The notes under the pieces are model-generated. The model searched no databases. It saw only the letters and a list, made by a program, of their open reading frames with translations, and had not been told where the DNA came from. Source: Hormiphora californensis (lineage: Eukaryota > Animalia > Ctenophora). From it: a stretch of 64,000 bases of DNA. The DNA lies in contig CM035351.1 in assembly GCA_020137815.1 (NCBI GenBank), positions 6,324,001-6,388,000 on the forward strand, read 5' to 3'. Of this stretch, positions 1 through 13,851 are shown one piece after another. Position 1 is the first letter of the stretch; the number at the start of each line of letters is the position of its first letter. The position numbers were made by a program, and so were the translations under genes.

Positions 1-417
1 TCGTTTATGGTAAAGGAGTTTACCGGGGCGTGGTGAAAGAGGGCAGCTGTTTAAATAGTTGGGGTACAGAAATATCGGTAATTACCCCTCTGAGGACTGA
101 GAGATGTTACTATATTTACTGTTGCTGTCACTATACTTACTGTTGCTGGTGGTGGTAATGCTGGCGAGAGATCGCTGAGAGGTAGAGGGAGAACGAGTTT
201 TTAGATCGGCTATCCTCCTCTCTATCTCACTTTCTTCACCTATATCCTGAAATTAGGTGAATAACTCATCGTATCATTACCTGTCCAACAAGTAACATAA
301 TTCGATTTCATTTTCCCTCTATTTTCCCTTATAACATATGGCTCAACCATATCTCCTCACTCTGAAGCTAAAAACTTCCCTTCATACGGTGGATCAAATT
401 GCACTGCACATTGTTCA

Positions 418-1508
418 TCACTGCGCTGGCAAGCGCAAAGGTTGCCATTCCCCCTCCCCCCAAAGCGCTGCCAGAAACGCAGTTATACATTTTATGGGTG
501 TTTTGGCTGAAAACCAAGATTTCAGAAGGCTATAGCGTGGCCCCCTTTCATCCGTTTGACTTGAAATTTGGAATGTATACCCGGCTTGGGGTCATTGACT
601 CAAGTTTAAAATTTCAAGTCTCTATCTCATCTGGAACGGAAGTTACAGACAGGTCCCATTTGCCGAAGATTCAGTGTAACGGACGCGCGCGCGCGCGCAT
701 AGGAGAGACGCTTTTTTTGAACACGATTCTGAACAAACGGAAAAAGATAGAGACTTCTCGTTTTAACTAGCTTGTAGATCTACTGGATTATTGTGTTATT
801 AGCGGGGTGAAGTTTTCTATCATCCCCAGGAACGTCCTACAGAATGTCTTAAGATCGTCACTTTTCATAACTTCTTTGAGCTCAATTTACACCCAGAAGA
901 TGGATTCTAATCGAAAAACGAAGACTATAACATGGAAAGAGAATTGTCTGAACTTTCAGAAACTATATTGCGAATTTTCAAAACTAGACGTATAAGGGTC
1001 TTAAAACGCGTCTAAAGTGTTATGACTGTTTAAAAATAGATATGACGATATGGGTTTTTTCGCCATAGCGGACTCAAATCTCATCCAATCGATCTCAAAC
1101 TTGGTCAGTATTTTCATCTAGGTAATCCCGATGATATTACGTCATCATTATGACGTCATAACGTCGTGACGTCATTTTATGACGTCAAAATTACGTCAAA
1201 AATGAAAATTTTGCAATTTCGCGATTCCATCCTCTCCGTACCTGTTCTACTACATGTAAATGGATAAAAAATCCCAAAAATGATGCAAATTATACCAAAA
1301 CTAATTGAAATTAGTAGGCCGGAAAGGTTGCCCTATGATTTGAGCTACCTTTGGCACCAGTACATTCCCTTTTGAAGATAGAAGAAGCATCTGTTATACC
1401 CTGTCTGTACCCCGTGAATGTTATGGTGGCAAAGGTAGCTCAAATCATAGGGCAACCTTTCCGGCCTACTAATTTCAATTAGTTTTGGTATAATACCTTG
1501 ATACCTAG
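418..1508 (+). mobile_element. Helitron-like non-autonomous element; 3' boundary uncertain
   Basis: Begins A|TCACTGCGCTGGCAAGCGC, sharing the GCGCTGGCAAGCGC 5' hairpin with the elements at 32296-34232 and 34934-36833. A candidate CTAG|T end lies at 1505-1508, just after a large foldback. Confidence 0.4.
1291..1492. repeat. ~200-bp palindromic (foldback/MITE-like) module
   Basis: TATACCAAAACTAATTGAAATTAGTAGGCCGGAAAGGTTGCCCTATGATTTGAGCTACCTTTG is repeated in inverted orientation, ending at 1492. Confidence 0.85.
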
Positions 1509-2804
1509 TAGAGCTTGGGCCTGGGAAAGATCAGTAAAAACAACTCTGGATCTGACACCTCCGACAAGATTGTTTGATGAAGGAGTAGTAACAGTCATTT
1601 CCATAGCAACCCACACACCGTGATGGGGTGGCTGTGATTTGTGTGACACACAGTGAGTTTAATGAGAAGGACCTGGTACAACTCACGCCGGCTAAAATAT
1701 GTGTAACATACGTCAAAGATGGAAATATACTTGTGACAAGACAGTGCAATAAGTGGAACAGTTGAGCAGGAAATAAGAACACCAAACAAGGGCTGGAAAA
1801 TGTGAGAATAAAGCTCGGGTATTAATATAGAGATCAGAGTGTCAGCTGTAGGGGACACGACAGGAACACTACAGCAGACACCCAATAAAATTGCTAAATG
1901 TAAAATGAAATTATAGTATTCTCTTAGAAGGAAAAACACAAGGCAGAAATGATAGAGGCAGAAATGATAGAGCAGGAATGATAGAGGAGGAGGAGAGAGA
2001 AATGAGTAATACTGTGCGGTATAGGCGTATCACATTCCCCCACAACGTATACAGCATCTGTCACACACATCTCTCTGTCTTTCAAATCATTCTCTATTTA
2101 GTATTTTTCGTTCAAATGCCGTGTACGTCACACACACACTAACCCTCCCTTAATTTCACCCTTCATCCCTGGCTGGCCTTCTTACATCATGAAATGACAC
2201 ATGTGACATATGCCTTTTCCGTCTTTCTAAACTTTCGTAACAAATACAAGGAACACACACAACCTAACAAGCGAATTGAATTGTATGTTATTGTTCAATC
2301 TTGATCTCTAGCAGCTAGATTGCAAGAAGAGAGAGAGAGAGGGAGGGAGAAAGAGAGAGAGAGAGTGAGCATTCTACATCCGCCTCAAGCCTGATGTGTA
2401 CTACTACATTACCGGGTATCAGAGACACAAGAGGTGAAGTAACAAGATGGGCGGTAAAAAAGGCGGATAGGAGCACAAAACAGTGCACCACGCCATCACA
2501 TCGGTGATCTAACCAGGCATGCGGAAGTATAAATTACTTTTGAGTTTCAGAATGATCGAAGAAACAGAAACAGAATGGAGGTAAATTCATTACCAGGACA
2601 ACACCCACACGCCCCACAACATGATAATACTGAGAGCAATCTGCACACACACACTCATCATATATTGCCTGCTGCTGCCGCTGTAGCAAAACAAACATAC
2701 ACCACCTCTCTATAATAGACAGCCTGCTGCAGGGCTGTACATGATAGACAAATAGAGGAAATATATTGTGTGTAGGAGCAGGATTTCGATCTTTTACCGC
2801 GAAC

Positions 2805-3272
<468 letters not shown>

Positions 3273-3629
3273 GGATAGAGAGAGAGAGATATGTGTGGGA
3301 AATGAGAGATATTACAGAGCTATAATATGCAGATAGACGCGTTGTTTCATCACGTTTCACTTTTCCTCGTGAGGAAAGTGTAAAATATAAATCTGGACAC
3401 AAAACAATTTCACAAAAGCTACAATAGATGGTAGAGAGAGATATGCCTGGCCCTCTCTCTCACCGCGCCCCGGATAGGAGGGCTAGAACACAACAAGCCG
3501 AGATAATATTCCCTGTCTAATGTCTATTAGAGTAGTGCAGCCCGACTGACATGCTACACTAGCTGTATTGGCAATATTGCCCCCCTTATTACCTTTCAAA
3601 ATGGAACACGACTCACTACAATAAGATGG

Positions 3630-3667
<38 letters not shown>

Positions 3668-3764
3668 ACACACACAGGTCACACACAGAACATTATTATG
3701 AATGAGGGGGAATTTGAGAAGAGATCACACAACACACATGACATAACAACACTAGGACAATATG

Positions 3765-6700
3765 CTAGAGAGCCTTGACGGCGGATAGTTCTCTCTCCAT
3801 CTTGTGAAGAAGAGGTGCGATACGGGGCCGGGAGCAGCACGACGATCTCGCCAGGCTGAAAGATCTATCACCCTGGAGAGAGAGAGAGGAGGGGAGAGAA
3901 GGAGAGAAAGTTAGAGAGAGACAGTCGTCTAGGAGTAGATAAAGGAGAGAAACTTGGAGAGATTAAAAATTAAGAATCAGAAGAGACACTGGGGAGGGGA
4001 GAGAGAGAACAAAGGGGTTTTCCAGCATAAATTCAGTAAGAGAAGATAATAAACACGTACCATAGGTTAATGTTATCAGTGAGCTAGATAACCCACATTA
4101 TAAATACCTGCAGGCAAAGGGAAACGATTTTACTGAGCAGGGAGTATGGGCCAGGTTGGGATATATCGAACCCACTGAGGACCTGAACTGCTAGTGTCTG
4201 CAGTTCCTCCTTCCTACTTTCCTCTTGGGCTACATGACCTGTACGTTGGTAATACTACTTTCACAGGTAAGGGGGGTTGGGGCGATAAAATCATTTTAAT
4301 TGGCAGGTAGATGGGGGTTGGGGCGAGGAAGTTGTGACATTGAGATGGGCAGGTAGATGGGGGTTGGGGCGAGGATGTTGTGATATTGAGATGGGCAGGT
4401 AGATGGGGGTTGGGGCGAGGAAGTTGTGACATTGAGATGGGCAGGTAGAAAGTCCACAAGGTCGGGAACATGTTTCACTAACCGATAGCATCGACAAGGC
4501 TGGATATTTGTGTTAGAACGGTATCCACTAGACCATCCACCTGCTGCAGATACTTCTTGCTCTGCCCATATAACCTGTCATTTGATATCACCTGTGTAAA
4601 GGGTAGAATATCGTTTATAGACCTCACGAGAAGAGTCTAGAAAACTTGTCAATGATGAGGACACATTGTTTTCAATTGAAACAGCACCATTTCGTGGTAG
4701 CATATTACCTCTGCGATGGTGTATGGGAATGATGGCTGAGCAACCGATTGTAGGTATTGGAGTAGGAGGCACTTTACACGCATTGAACCATGACTAGACC
4801 AGCCCTTCCTTGATTCTACTGCATCATACAGTTGTCTGTAACGAGTGTGTTAGTTTAGCAGTACATAGGAAAGAGTTGTATACCTATTTTCTGTGAAAAC
4901 CAAAAGAAATGCAGAGTGAACCACAGTTCTTTCTGTGAAAACCAACATCCTGGACCATGACAACTGCATTATAATTTGCTCATTAGTCATTATAACCTGT
5001 ATATGTGGAGGGGGTCCTCGTGTGGGTTATCAGGTACATACAGTAGGGTTGAGAGATACCGGGCCAACCAATCTAACATCTGGTTCTCTGTGGAGTAGCT
5101 CCTACCATCAGTACCAATAGCTACATCTGGTGTTTCAGCGACTAACTTCAGCCCTTCACAAAGCAGCGAATCACCTAGAGAGAGCGGAATTAGAGGAACA
5201 CTGATGAGGGATAGAATGAAGAGACAGGGAGAAGAGGACAGCTATACATGGGATCATTGGGATCTCAAGGCGGCAAATGGTTCCTGTTGTGCGCGCATCT
5301 TGGATAACTCTGGAGTCGTGGCGCGCTACGTACACGACTTGAGACTCTCTGAAATCAGAGCGGCACCTCGAGAAGTGAAACAGTGATCATGTGCTTACAC
5401 TGAGCTAGGGAGTTGGCTAGTAGGGCGACCTGAGCGACCAGCAGATACAGATTGAGCCGGAGAAAGTGGGAATCAATGCTTGGGATGGTGATGTAACAGT
5501 AGGCAATACAGCCTCGTACAAAGGACGCTACCTTCCTGCTACTCAGAGAACCCTGTAGGGGACAGAGGTGAGGTAAAGATGAGTTGGGTTAGCCTCCCCT
5601 GTGTTAGTAGCTGAGATGACCATGGGCTCCTGTGAACAAGAGGAACAAGAGCGGATGTTTGTTTGTTTGTGCTGTGTCTCCAAAGAGTGGATGTACCATG
5701 CCTTGTTCGACTCTCTCTCCCCGGGTTTGAACAAAACAAGGTGTACCAGGTACCTCTAGTAGGGACCTCGTTGTGTCAACACAATTCAGACACGATTCAT
5801 ACCTCTAGGGAGTTCATGGATGAAACTGCAAGGGAAGCAACTCTCTGGACTAGGAAGTTTAGTACACTGTCCAGGTTAGAGAATGAGGCCCGGCATTCCA
5901 CATAGAAATTTAGTTGTCTCTCAACATTTTCAGGGGTCACCACAAGCGAAATGAAGTGGTTTATCAACTCGCTGAGAGAGGTGGAATAGTGGGGTAGGGG
6001 AGAAGGGGGAGTGGGGGATAGGGGAGTGGGGAGAAGGGTTAGGGAGGGGAGTAAGGGGAGTAGGGGAGTGGGGATAGGGAGAGAAGGATGTTAGGGAAGG
6101 ATGCCAGGGAGAGAAGGAGTGGGACTGCTTATCTTCATTTTACCCTGTGTAAATTTACGGGGTATTATATTTGCTCGCCATGCTATTACAGATGTTCCGG
6201 TTATTACCTGGTATCCCTACGCTGGTCATCATTACTTAACGCATTGAGAGAGTTGTGTAGAATCTTGCCGATGTAAATCAACCCACTTATAGCAACTTCA
6301 TCCTTCAACCTCTCACTCCTGAGATAAAGTTAAAATTAGAAATACTGGAAATTTGAAATGTAGTGATAGTTATAAAATTAGAAACACTGGAAATTTGACA
6401 TGTAGTGATATCGATATCGATGGATATGTTTATCAGGAATAACTCACCCTGTTAGGGCGCTGAGGACACATTTACAGGCCTCCACTTTGACAGACTCCTT
6501 CTGGAACAGGTCCAGGAAGGGAAGGAAGGAAGAGAGGGAGAAGAGAACTTCTATATTTGACTGGGAACTCACTAACACAGACAACATCTTCTCCAGCTGA
6601 GAGGGATGTGTTTTAGTGCCTGGTTTCAAATAAAATTCAATGATATTTTCCTGTAAACTACAAATGACTAACCACTAAAGTGTGAAATAATGTATTACCG

Positions 6701-9700
6701 CAGGATAGCACGCCTCAAAGGTTCGTGATGGTAACAGCTTTTCAATGATGGCACCCAACACACCATCCAACTCAGTTGGTGTTAACCTTATGGAGGGGGA
6801 GGGTTAACAGTTTACTATGGGCGTTAACCTTATGGAGGGGGAGGGTTAACAGTTTACTATGGGTGTTAACCTTATGGAGGGGGAGGGTTAACAGTTTACT
6901 ATGGGTGTTAACCTTATGGAGGGGGAGGGTAACAGTATACTATGGGTGTTAACCTTATGGAGGGGGGGTTAACAATGTCAACATACACTGTTACAACACG
7001 ACATCATCAAACAAAATGGTTACGGACAAAAGAATGGGAATTACAGCCCTAAATAGCAGCCCTAAATAAGGATTCAGAAGCTCCATTTACTTACTTACAA
7101 ACCCCTTACAAACCCGCATATTCTGCTACAACTCACATGCTAGCTGAGAGTTCCAGCCATACGACAGCACACTCCGTATACTCAGCAGTAGAAGCAGCAC
7201 CCGCTGCAAGGGTTGTCCACCGTGCTGCCAGCTTCCTCCTGCTCTTCTCTCCTCCCTCGGGACACCTCACCAAGGCTGCTCCTGCAGGACCGAGTTGTTA
7301 GAAAATAGAAATGTAATTACAGAGATAAGTAACAGAGAGATAACAGAGATATAACATATCTGTTATCTCTCATATGTAACAGAGATATTGCTGATAACAG
7401 AGATGTAACAGATTATATGGATTATGGGGCTGATGAGAGAGGAATGTTACCGAGGTTTTTCAGCAGGTAGACCACTGAGAATACAGTTTCATCGCACTTT
7501 GCAATAATTCGTCCCAGGGTCAGGACATTCTCCGCTATGTAGCTCGCAGGGAAGGATGTCAGCAGAGAGTTGAGGAGCATACCACTGGGGACAAATGGTT
7601 GTTGGAAAATTGGATTTATGATCCAATGTTTGAGAAAACAGGGACATAAATTATTTGTTGCGTTTAGTAGTAGACAAGTAATAATAATTGGCAGAGTTTT
7701 AAACAAAAATTTATTCTCACTTTTGCTCTGGTGACACTATCTTGTCCTGTAGTTGTGATAGCTGATCTGAGTTGAGATCACATCTCAGTACACAGCTGAG
7801 CAGCCAATCGTAAGCTACACTTTGTGCCGTACAGTACTCCTTCAGAGTCGCATTACTACTCTTTCTACCGACACTCAGAACCTGTGTGGAGTTTCAGGGA
7901 TAGAAGGGTGATGAAAAGATAAGAAGGACTTTTGAATATTTTGACTTTGAATAATAACAGGGAGTAGAAACAGTAGAAAAAACAGTATCGGATCAGGCTA
8001 GATCCGGAACAGAAACAGTATCGGATCAGGGTAGAATCTAGATCCGCCACAGAAATAGTAGAAATATCACCTGTGTATAGGTTTTAAAGGCACTATCAAA
8101 CAGTGGTACAAGGTATTCACTCTTGTACACACTATCAGTTAGGAGGCCCATCCGTGATACGAAGCAGCGGAGGAAGTTAGCCACAAGGGGATCGCCCACC
8201 CCATAACACGAGGCGGTACTGTGCTGTAGTGTCTCTCTATGAAGTTTAGTTGAGTGAATGAACTTGTTGCATCTAATGAGAGCTAGTTGTAGGTATATTC
8301 GAGGTATCAGCTCCCGAATCGAGGCTATCTGAGGGATGTTATGGTTCTCGTTGAAATGATAATTGAATTGCTTGAACTACTATACCCTTCTATGAAAATA
8401 TAGGGTCTGGGCAAGAACTAATCGAAATAAGTCAGCTTGTTGACAAATTGACTTGTTTCAATTTGTTCTTCCGCTCTCGGAGAACCCTAAAAAAGTGAAC
8501 AAGTCGTATGGGTCTGAATAATTCAAGATGTCATGACTAACCTTGTAGAACCAGTTTCCAGCAGTCTCCTGTGCAATAAAGGGGACATCATCCGGGGTAA
8601 AGTCTGCCCTTAGCCTCACAGCAATGTGTCCCTGCATCACTGTACTCTTGTCTTTTAATCTCTCAAACACCAGCTCACCTAAATCAGGTGGTAAATTGGC
8701 AGACTTGTTTCATTTCACACATTGAATTGTGTTAGATTTAAAATTTGAAAAAGAGATATTCACTTACCAAATTTCACCAGAATATCGGTTATCAGGACGA
8801 ATTTGGTGGGATAAAACTGTGGGATGGCGGTGTCTGTCAGTAACTTGCTGAGTTGGATAGCCAGTTTTAGAGCCTTGACTCTTTGTTCGGTGTTCCATGC
8901 CTCATAGAGTGACTGAAAATAGAAATAACGATACATTGCGTCACTCTAAATATCTTTTCCATGTGTAAAATGGTACCACGACAGGATACATGCATTACAA
9001 GAGAGTCACCCACCTTTCCCATTTCGTCTATCTTCCTGCTGTACTCAGCCTGGGTGAGGTTACTCAAGTTAGGGCCATCTTCCATTACATCCAACTGCTC
9101 CAGTCGATCTCTCACTTTCTCTGGCAAGTTGGAACTCCCACCCCCACCACCTGTTGGGATAATGATTTGTTCAAACCCTCTAGGGGCGCGGAGAGAGAGG
9201 ATCGAGCAAGACAAGGAAATAGGAATGATATAGTTGAAAAATTAGTCATGAACTTGATTGTTGTATCCCGGTAATGAACCCTGGTTAGGTCTGTAAACTA
9301 CCTCTTGGGCTATCTTTTGATGTAGCGGATAAAGTTAGTCGTTTGGATGTTGTAAACTTTTCCAGAATGGGCCCTCTTCTTTCCAGCCAATTATCCTGCA
9401 ACATTAAAACCGTTATAATACTGGAATTAACATTATTACTTCTATGATATACCTTTGCAGCGCAGTGATAACCTATGATAATAACCCCATTTATCATTAT
9501 GATGTATGATTTTAATTGATTGAGACTGGTAATTGGTATATTTGAGGGTAAGTCAGTTACCGGTAATGCAGCAGCAGGTGCAAATCGAGATTTAAAAGCT
9601 GGTGACTTGGGTCGTGGAGGAGGTGGAGTTTCGTTCATCCCAAGAGAGAGCGGATCAAAAACACTTGATAGGGGATCAAGGCGGCTCGCTGAAGTTGTAC

Positions 9701-10048
9701 TATCGGTTCTCGGTTTACTTTGTTCAGTTTCCGAACCATCATTATCCTGTGGATATAACGTAGTAGGCTCATAAGAAATGTATTGACCCTATAAGTTGAA
9801 AAGAATCGACGTGTTGTTGCAACAACTTAATCTGTAATTAGTGATGACTTCGCATCCCACAGGTTTCGTTTAGCTGCGCTTCACACGGCTAGTGTAGGGG
9901 TGACTCCGTCACCAACTTAATCAGTAAATACCTGGTTTTCACGAAACTCAGAAATCCCTAAAAGTGGGTGTTTCCTAGTCCTTTTAAGTACTAATTTGGA
10001 TTTTTGTGGTTTGGTCCGTACAGTAATCGGCCATAGCAAGTCAGCCAT
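3765..10048 (-). CDS. VPS35L: VPS35 endosomal protein sorting factor-like (Retriever subunit, C16orf62), multi-exon
   Basis: Spliced exons give MADLLWP...[100 protein letters not shown] and VISNDRLYG, collinear with human VPS35L. ATG at 10048; stop at 3765-3767. Confidence 0.93.
4272..4449. repeat. ~43-bp intronic minisatellite (~4 copies)
   Basis: Unit GGCAGGTAGATGGGGGTTGGGGCGAGGAAGTTGTGACATTGAGATG in a VPS35L intron. Confidence 0.85.
6781..6973. repeat. ~42-bp minisatellite containing a VPS35L splice acceptor
   Basis: Unit GTTAACCTTATGGAGGGGGAGGGTTAACAGTTTACTATGGGT, about 5 copies. Confidence 0.9.
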
Positions 10049-10224
10049 AAATCTAGCAAGCGGTTAAGTTTGGGTTAAAACGGATATAATTTTTTGCAGG
10101 GGTGTGGGAATAGGGGGGGGGGGGCACACCCCCCCCCCCTCACTTTTTTCTCAGAATTGCCCATTGTATGATATGTGATATTGAAGTAAATCCAGATTGG
10201 AAGATGGCTGCAGGTTGTTATTTT

Positions 10225-10285
10225 TAATGTTCTAACACTCCTTTACATGTGTACGCGGTGAGACAGGGTCGAACAAGGCAAGGTG
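10225..10285 (-). repeat. Short dispersed repeat (GCCTTGTTCGACCCTGT...ATGTAAAGGAG.GTTAGAACA)
   Basis: Related copies near 5700, 9195, 16438, 27995, 50915, 53760-53820 and 63075. Contains a GTTCGA B-box-like core. Confidence 0.6.
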
Positions 10286-10810
10286 CAAGCTGATGGGTGA
10301 AGAACATGAATTTTGCTGCCGGGCACCGCCTCGGCTTTTCCTATAAAAAGTTTCGGACAAGGATTGGAGAAGTAATCTATATTTTGAAAGGAGCTATTTG
10401 CTCAGAAAATGCAGCAAAAAGGGAGTTGGCAGTTGGCTGTTGGAAAAATAACTCTTTAAGTAAAACGACGAAAACGTGAAAAACGGCCATCTTGAAAAAT
10501 GCAAATGCATACAACAACAGTTCTCTTTGCTTATAAAGGGATTGCTGGTAAAGCGCTCGACAGGATCAAGTTCAGTATTTACACAGCGTTTACACAGTCT
10601 TTACACAGTCGTTACACCCAGAGCGCCCGCACCGCTCTGGGTGTAAAGACTGCGTCTTTCGCACTCGATTTGCAGCGTTTTTGGAAACTTTTTTCGCCGC
10701 AGCGCTCAATTTACTCAATTGTGCAGCACACAATCCAATATTTTCTTAGAAAAAACCGCAAAACGCAGCACGCGCCGCTCTGGGTGTAACGACTGTGTAA
10801 AGACTGTGTA

Positions 10811-11033
10811 AAGTCGGATTTTTTGAAACTGTCACCCCCCCCCTGAGTTTTCAAATTTCTTTAAATGACCATAAGTCCGGTTCCTGATGAGATAGAGACT
10901 TGAAATTTGGAGGTTATAAAGATCTTGCTAAGTTCTTCCGAACCTCCAAATTTCAAATCTCTATCTTATCAGGAACCGGAGATATGACAAATTTGTTATT
11001 TCAGGGGGATGACAGTTTCAAAAAATCCGACTT
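10811..11033. mobile_element. Palindromic MITE with AAGT..ACTT ends and TA TSD
   Basis: TA|AAGTCGGATTTTTTGAAACTGTCA...TGACAGTTTCAAAAAATCCGACTT|TA. A near-identical copy lies at 11615-11835. It is inserted into the arm of an older palindromic element starting at about 10570. Confidence 0.85.
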
Positions 11034-11052
11034 TAAACGCTGTGTAAATACT

Positions 11053-11315
11053 TTTTTTTTTTGGGAATTCACTAACCCCAACACCGATTGGCATCACTTT
11101 CCGACAGCCGAAGAGAAGCTGCCGAAGAGAGAAAGGGGGTAACCGTATGAAGAGTTAATCGCGATGAGTCTCATTCACATTGGGTTCGATCATTTGCCCC
11201 CGGTGTTGGGGTTAGTAATAAATAAATAAATCTTAAAATCACTCACTCAAAAAAACAATAAATATTACAAATAAAAAGTCAGTCAGTAAAATCACACATT
11301 GCGATGGGAAGTGGA
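11053..11315 (-). mobile_element. Short retroposed insert with poly(A) tail and 11-bp TSD
   Basis: GTGTAAATACT is duplicated at 11042-11052 and 11316-11326. A T-run at 11053 is a minus-strand A-tail. Confidence 0.7.
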
Positions 11316-11432
11316 GTGTAAATACTGAACTTTTTTAGGGATCCCTATCATCTTTTTTAAAGTAAATAATTAAAATGCCTTAGCGCCGCGGCCGCGCAGT
11401 TAAGCAAATTTACGCCGCGCCGCGCAGCATAT

Positions 11433-11553
11433 AAAGTCCGTTTCAAGCGACTTGACCCGTAATTCTTGGAATTTGGCGCATTGCGCGTGTATTTACAAAG
11501 GGGAAATCCTGAATTTCCAGGAATCTCAGGTCAAGTCGTTTGAAACGCACTTT
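11433..11553. mobile_element. Small palindromic MITE (AAGT ends); second copy at about 48770-48890
   Basis: AAAGTCCGTTTCAAGCGACTTGACC...GGTCAAGTCGTTTGAAACGCACTTT. The same sequence occurs inverted near 48770. Confidence 0.75.
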
Positions 11554-11614
11554 AAATAACGCGTTATGCGAAATTTTTGCAAAATTTTTGAGGACTTAAA
11601 CGGGCGCGATTATA

Positions 11615-11835
11615 AAGTCGGATTTTTTGAAACTGTCACCCCCCCTGAGTTTTCAAATTTCTTTAAATGACCATAAGTCCGGTTCCTGATAAGATAGAGA
11701 CTTGAAATTTCGAGGTTATAAAGATCTTGCTAAGTTCTTCCGAACCTCCAAATTTCAAATCTCTATCTTATCAGGAACCGGAGATATGACAAATTTGTTA
11801 TTTCAGGGGGGTGATAGTTTCAAAAAATCCGACTT
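11615..11835. mobile_element. Palindromic MITE, copy 2 of 10811-11033
   Basis: Near-identical sequence with TA flanks; gives duplicate spurious ORFs at 10900 and 11702. Confidence 0.85.
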
Positions 11836-11837
11836 TA

Positions 11838-12083
11838 ATCTGGGTGCCTTGCAGTCTGTTTACAGGTGCGCGCTGCCAAAAGAGTATACTTAGACCGACA
11901 TTTTTCAAACGGCTATAGCCATGGAACCACATGGCCGATTTGTGTAAACTAAACGGTATCAGTTAGAGAATCGATAGTCCTAACCGGTAACCCCAAACCA
12001 AACCCTAACCAGACCCTAACGCATAGCCCTAACCCGTCGCGCGCTAAAACTACGAATTGTTAGCAATGAAAGGCACCCAGATT
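11838..12083. mobile_element. MITE-like element with ATCTGGGTGCC termini and CCCTAA-like internal repeats
   Basis: Inverted ends ATCTGGGTGCCT/AGGCACCCAGAT. Related sequence occurs at about 59300-59640. Confidence 0.6.
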
Positions 12084-12633
12084 TTAACGTTTTCCGACTT
12101 AAACTGACCCTGACTTAACTGACCCTTTTTTGTAAAAAGTTGCGGGTTCTGAGCGGGTTCTGAGCCCCCTAGACCCCTTCACGGGCCTCCAGCGCCTGGA
12201 CCCTTCTTGCGGGGATGCGCCCCTAGGCCATGCTTGTGGGGGTTTCACACCTAACGCCGGAACGCCCCTTCCGGCTTCCGCCCTTGGCCCCAGGCGACAG
12301 CCGACAGGGACACGCTGGACCAGGCTCTGTCCCAGGTCCCTGTCAATTGTCATCTCAGCTTTGTTTTGTGCTGTTCTGAGCAGTGATTGGTCACACAGTG
12401 CTCGACCTGAATATTTTATAAACTGTCATCTCAGTTTTGTTTTGTGCCCTTATGACCCCATTGCAGGCTTAGGGAGCGGGTTACGGGAGGTTGGGTTGAT
12501 CAAATTGCACTGGTAGATTGAATTGGTAGAAATAGGAGCTGCACCGTCTTAGTGGCAATTTATTGGCACAGAATATGTTGTAGAACGTCGCGTCACGGCC
12601 CACGGGCGGCCGCCACACGACCAGGCTGTTATA

Positions 12634-13143
12634 GTGGGAGACACTAGCGTGGTACGCGCAAAAAAATGTGCGCCACACCAATTTCGTTTTTCAAAAAACA
12701 CGCAAGAAAAAGCTTTTCAAGATCGATTTTTCACGTTTTGGCTCATAACTCCTGTTCCTGATAAGATAAAGACTTCAAACCTTCGCCATTCGATGGGGCT
12801 TGAAATTTCCTTTCCAACGGTATGCAAACGATTTCTGTAGCTCATCAGGAACCGGAGATATGATCAATTATGATCATAACCGCGTAAGTTTCCTTCGGCA
12901 TTATCATAATTAATGATATCTCCGGTTCCTGATGAGCTACAGAAATCGTTCGCATACCGTTGGAAAGGGAATTTCAAGCCCCATCGAATGGCGAAGGTTT
13001 GAAGTCTTTATCTTATCAGAAAAAGGAGTTATGAGCCAAAACGTGAAAAGTCGATGTTGAAAAACTTTTTCTTGCGTGTTTTTTGAAAAACGAAATCGGT
13101 GTGGCACGCATTTTTTTGCGCGTACCACGCTAGTGTCTCCCAC
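12634..13143. mobile_element. Palindromic MITE with TA TSD
   Basis: TA|GTGGGAGACACTAGCGTGG...CCACGCTAGTGTCTCCCAC|TA, with arms over 200 bp. Produces mirror ORFs at 12634+ and 13143-. Confidence 0.9.
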
Positions 13144-13279
13144 TATTATAAAAGTGCAGCTCCGATCTCGACCAAATCATTCTACTGACCCGATTATCCC
13201 GACCTTGTAATTACAGCAGTGCAGAGATTATATTAGTTGCCTAAATATCTCATGGTATGTGAATACTGAATAGATCTGG

Positions 13280-13540
13280 CGGGTCTGGATAGGAGCTATT
13301 TAGTTGCATAAAACACTCCCTGGTGACCGAGAAGACCAAGGGTCAAATTGAGCTCTTCCAACTTTCATGACCCTTTCGCTGCAGTAGCACGGAGCACCTT
13401 TTCTTCTCCTGCTCGTGTCTAGGGAAACACTGCAGTTCGTAGGAGCAAGAGGGTTGAAAATGCGGGCATCGGTGTACACTTCTGCGACCAGAAATCTCTA
13501 GCAGTAAGCAGAATACAGATAAATCTAGTCGTGCAACGTT
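13280..13540 (-). pseudogene. Degraded fragment of a CRE-type retrotransposon endonuclease region
   Basis: Minus-strand remnants VARLD, VYTDARIFNPLAPTN, RHEQEKK and FDPLVFS parallel the ORF at 14182-14823. Confidence 0.65.
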
Positions 13541-13851
13541 TTATTTTATTTACAACTAGTCGTGATTTCCACAGGGACAGCAGTGCTGGCGTTGACTAAC
13601 TCGAAGCCTTATCGGAGAGACTTGACATCTCTAAACTCACATTTGTTGTCGGACATTGTATCCTGTTGCGCTGTTCGACCCTCCTTTGAACAAAACAAGT
13701 CTCCTGAGTCCTGCAGTACTACAGCTGTAAATCACAATACCAATGAATACATACAGTAGCAACTGAGGGATTGCAGAAAATGTTTCTTACCACCCTCCTT
13801 TATACAGTACCCCGGCTACCGAGTATTATAGCACCGAAAATTAGTTATTCT

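Noticed and set aside
11134-11201. tRNA (GGGGGTA/TGCCCCC stem with GGTTCGATC)
   Set aside because: The T-arm does not pair, and there is no canonical D arm or anticodon arm.
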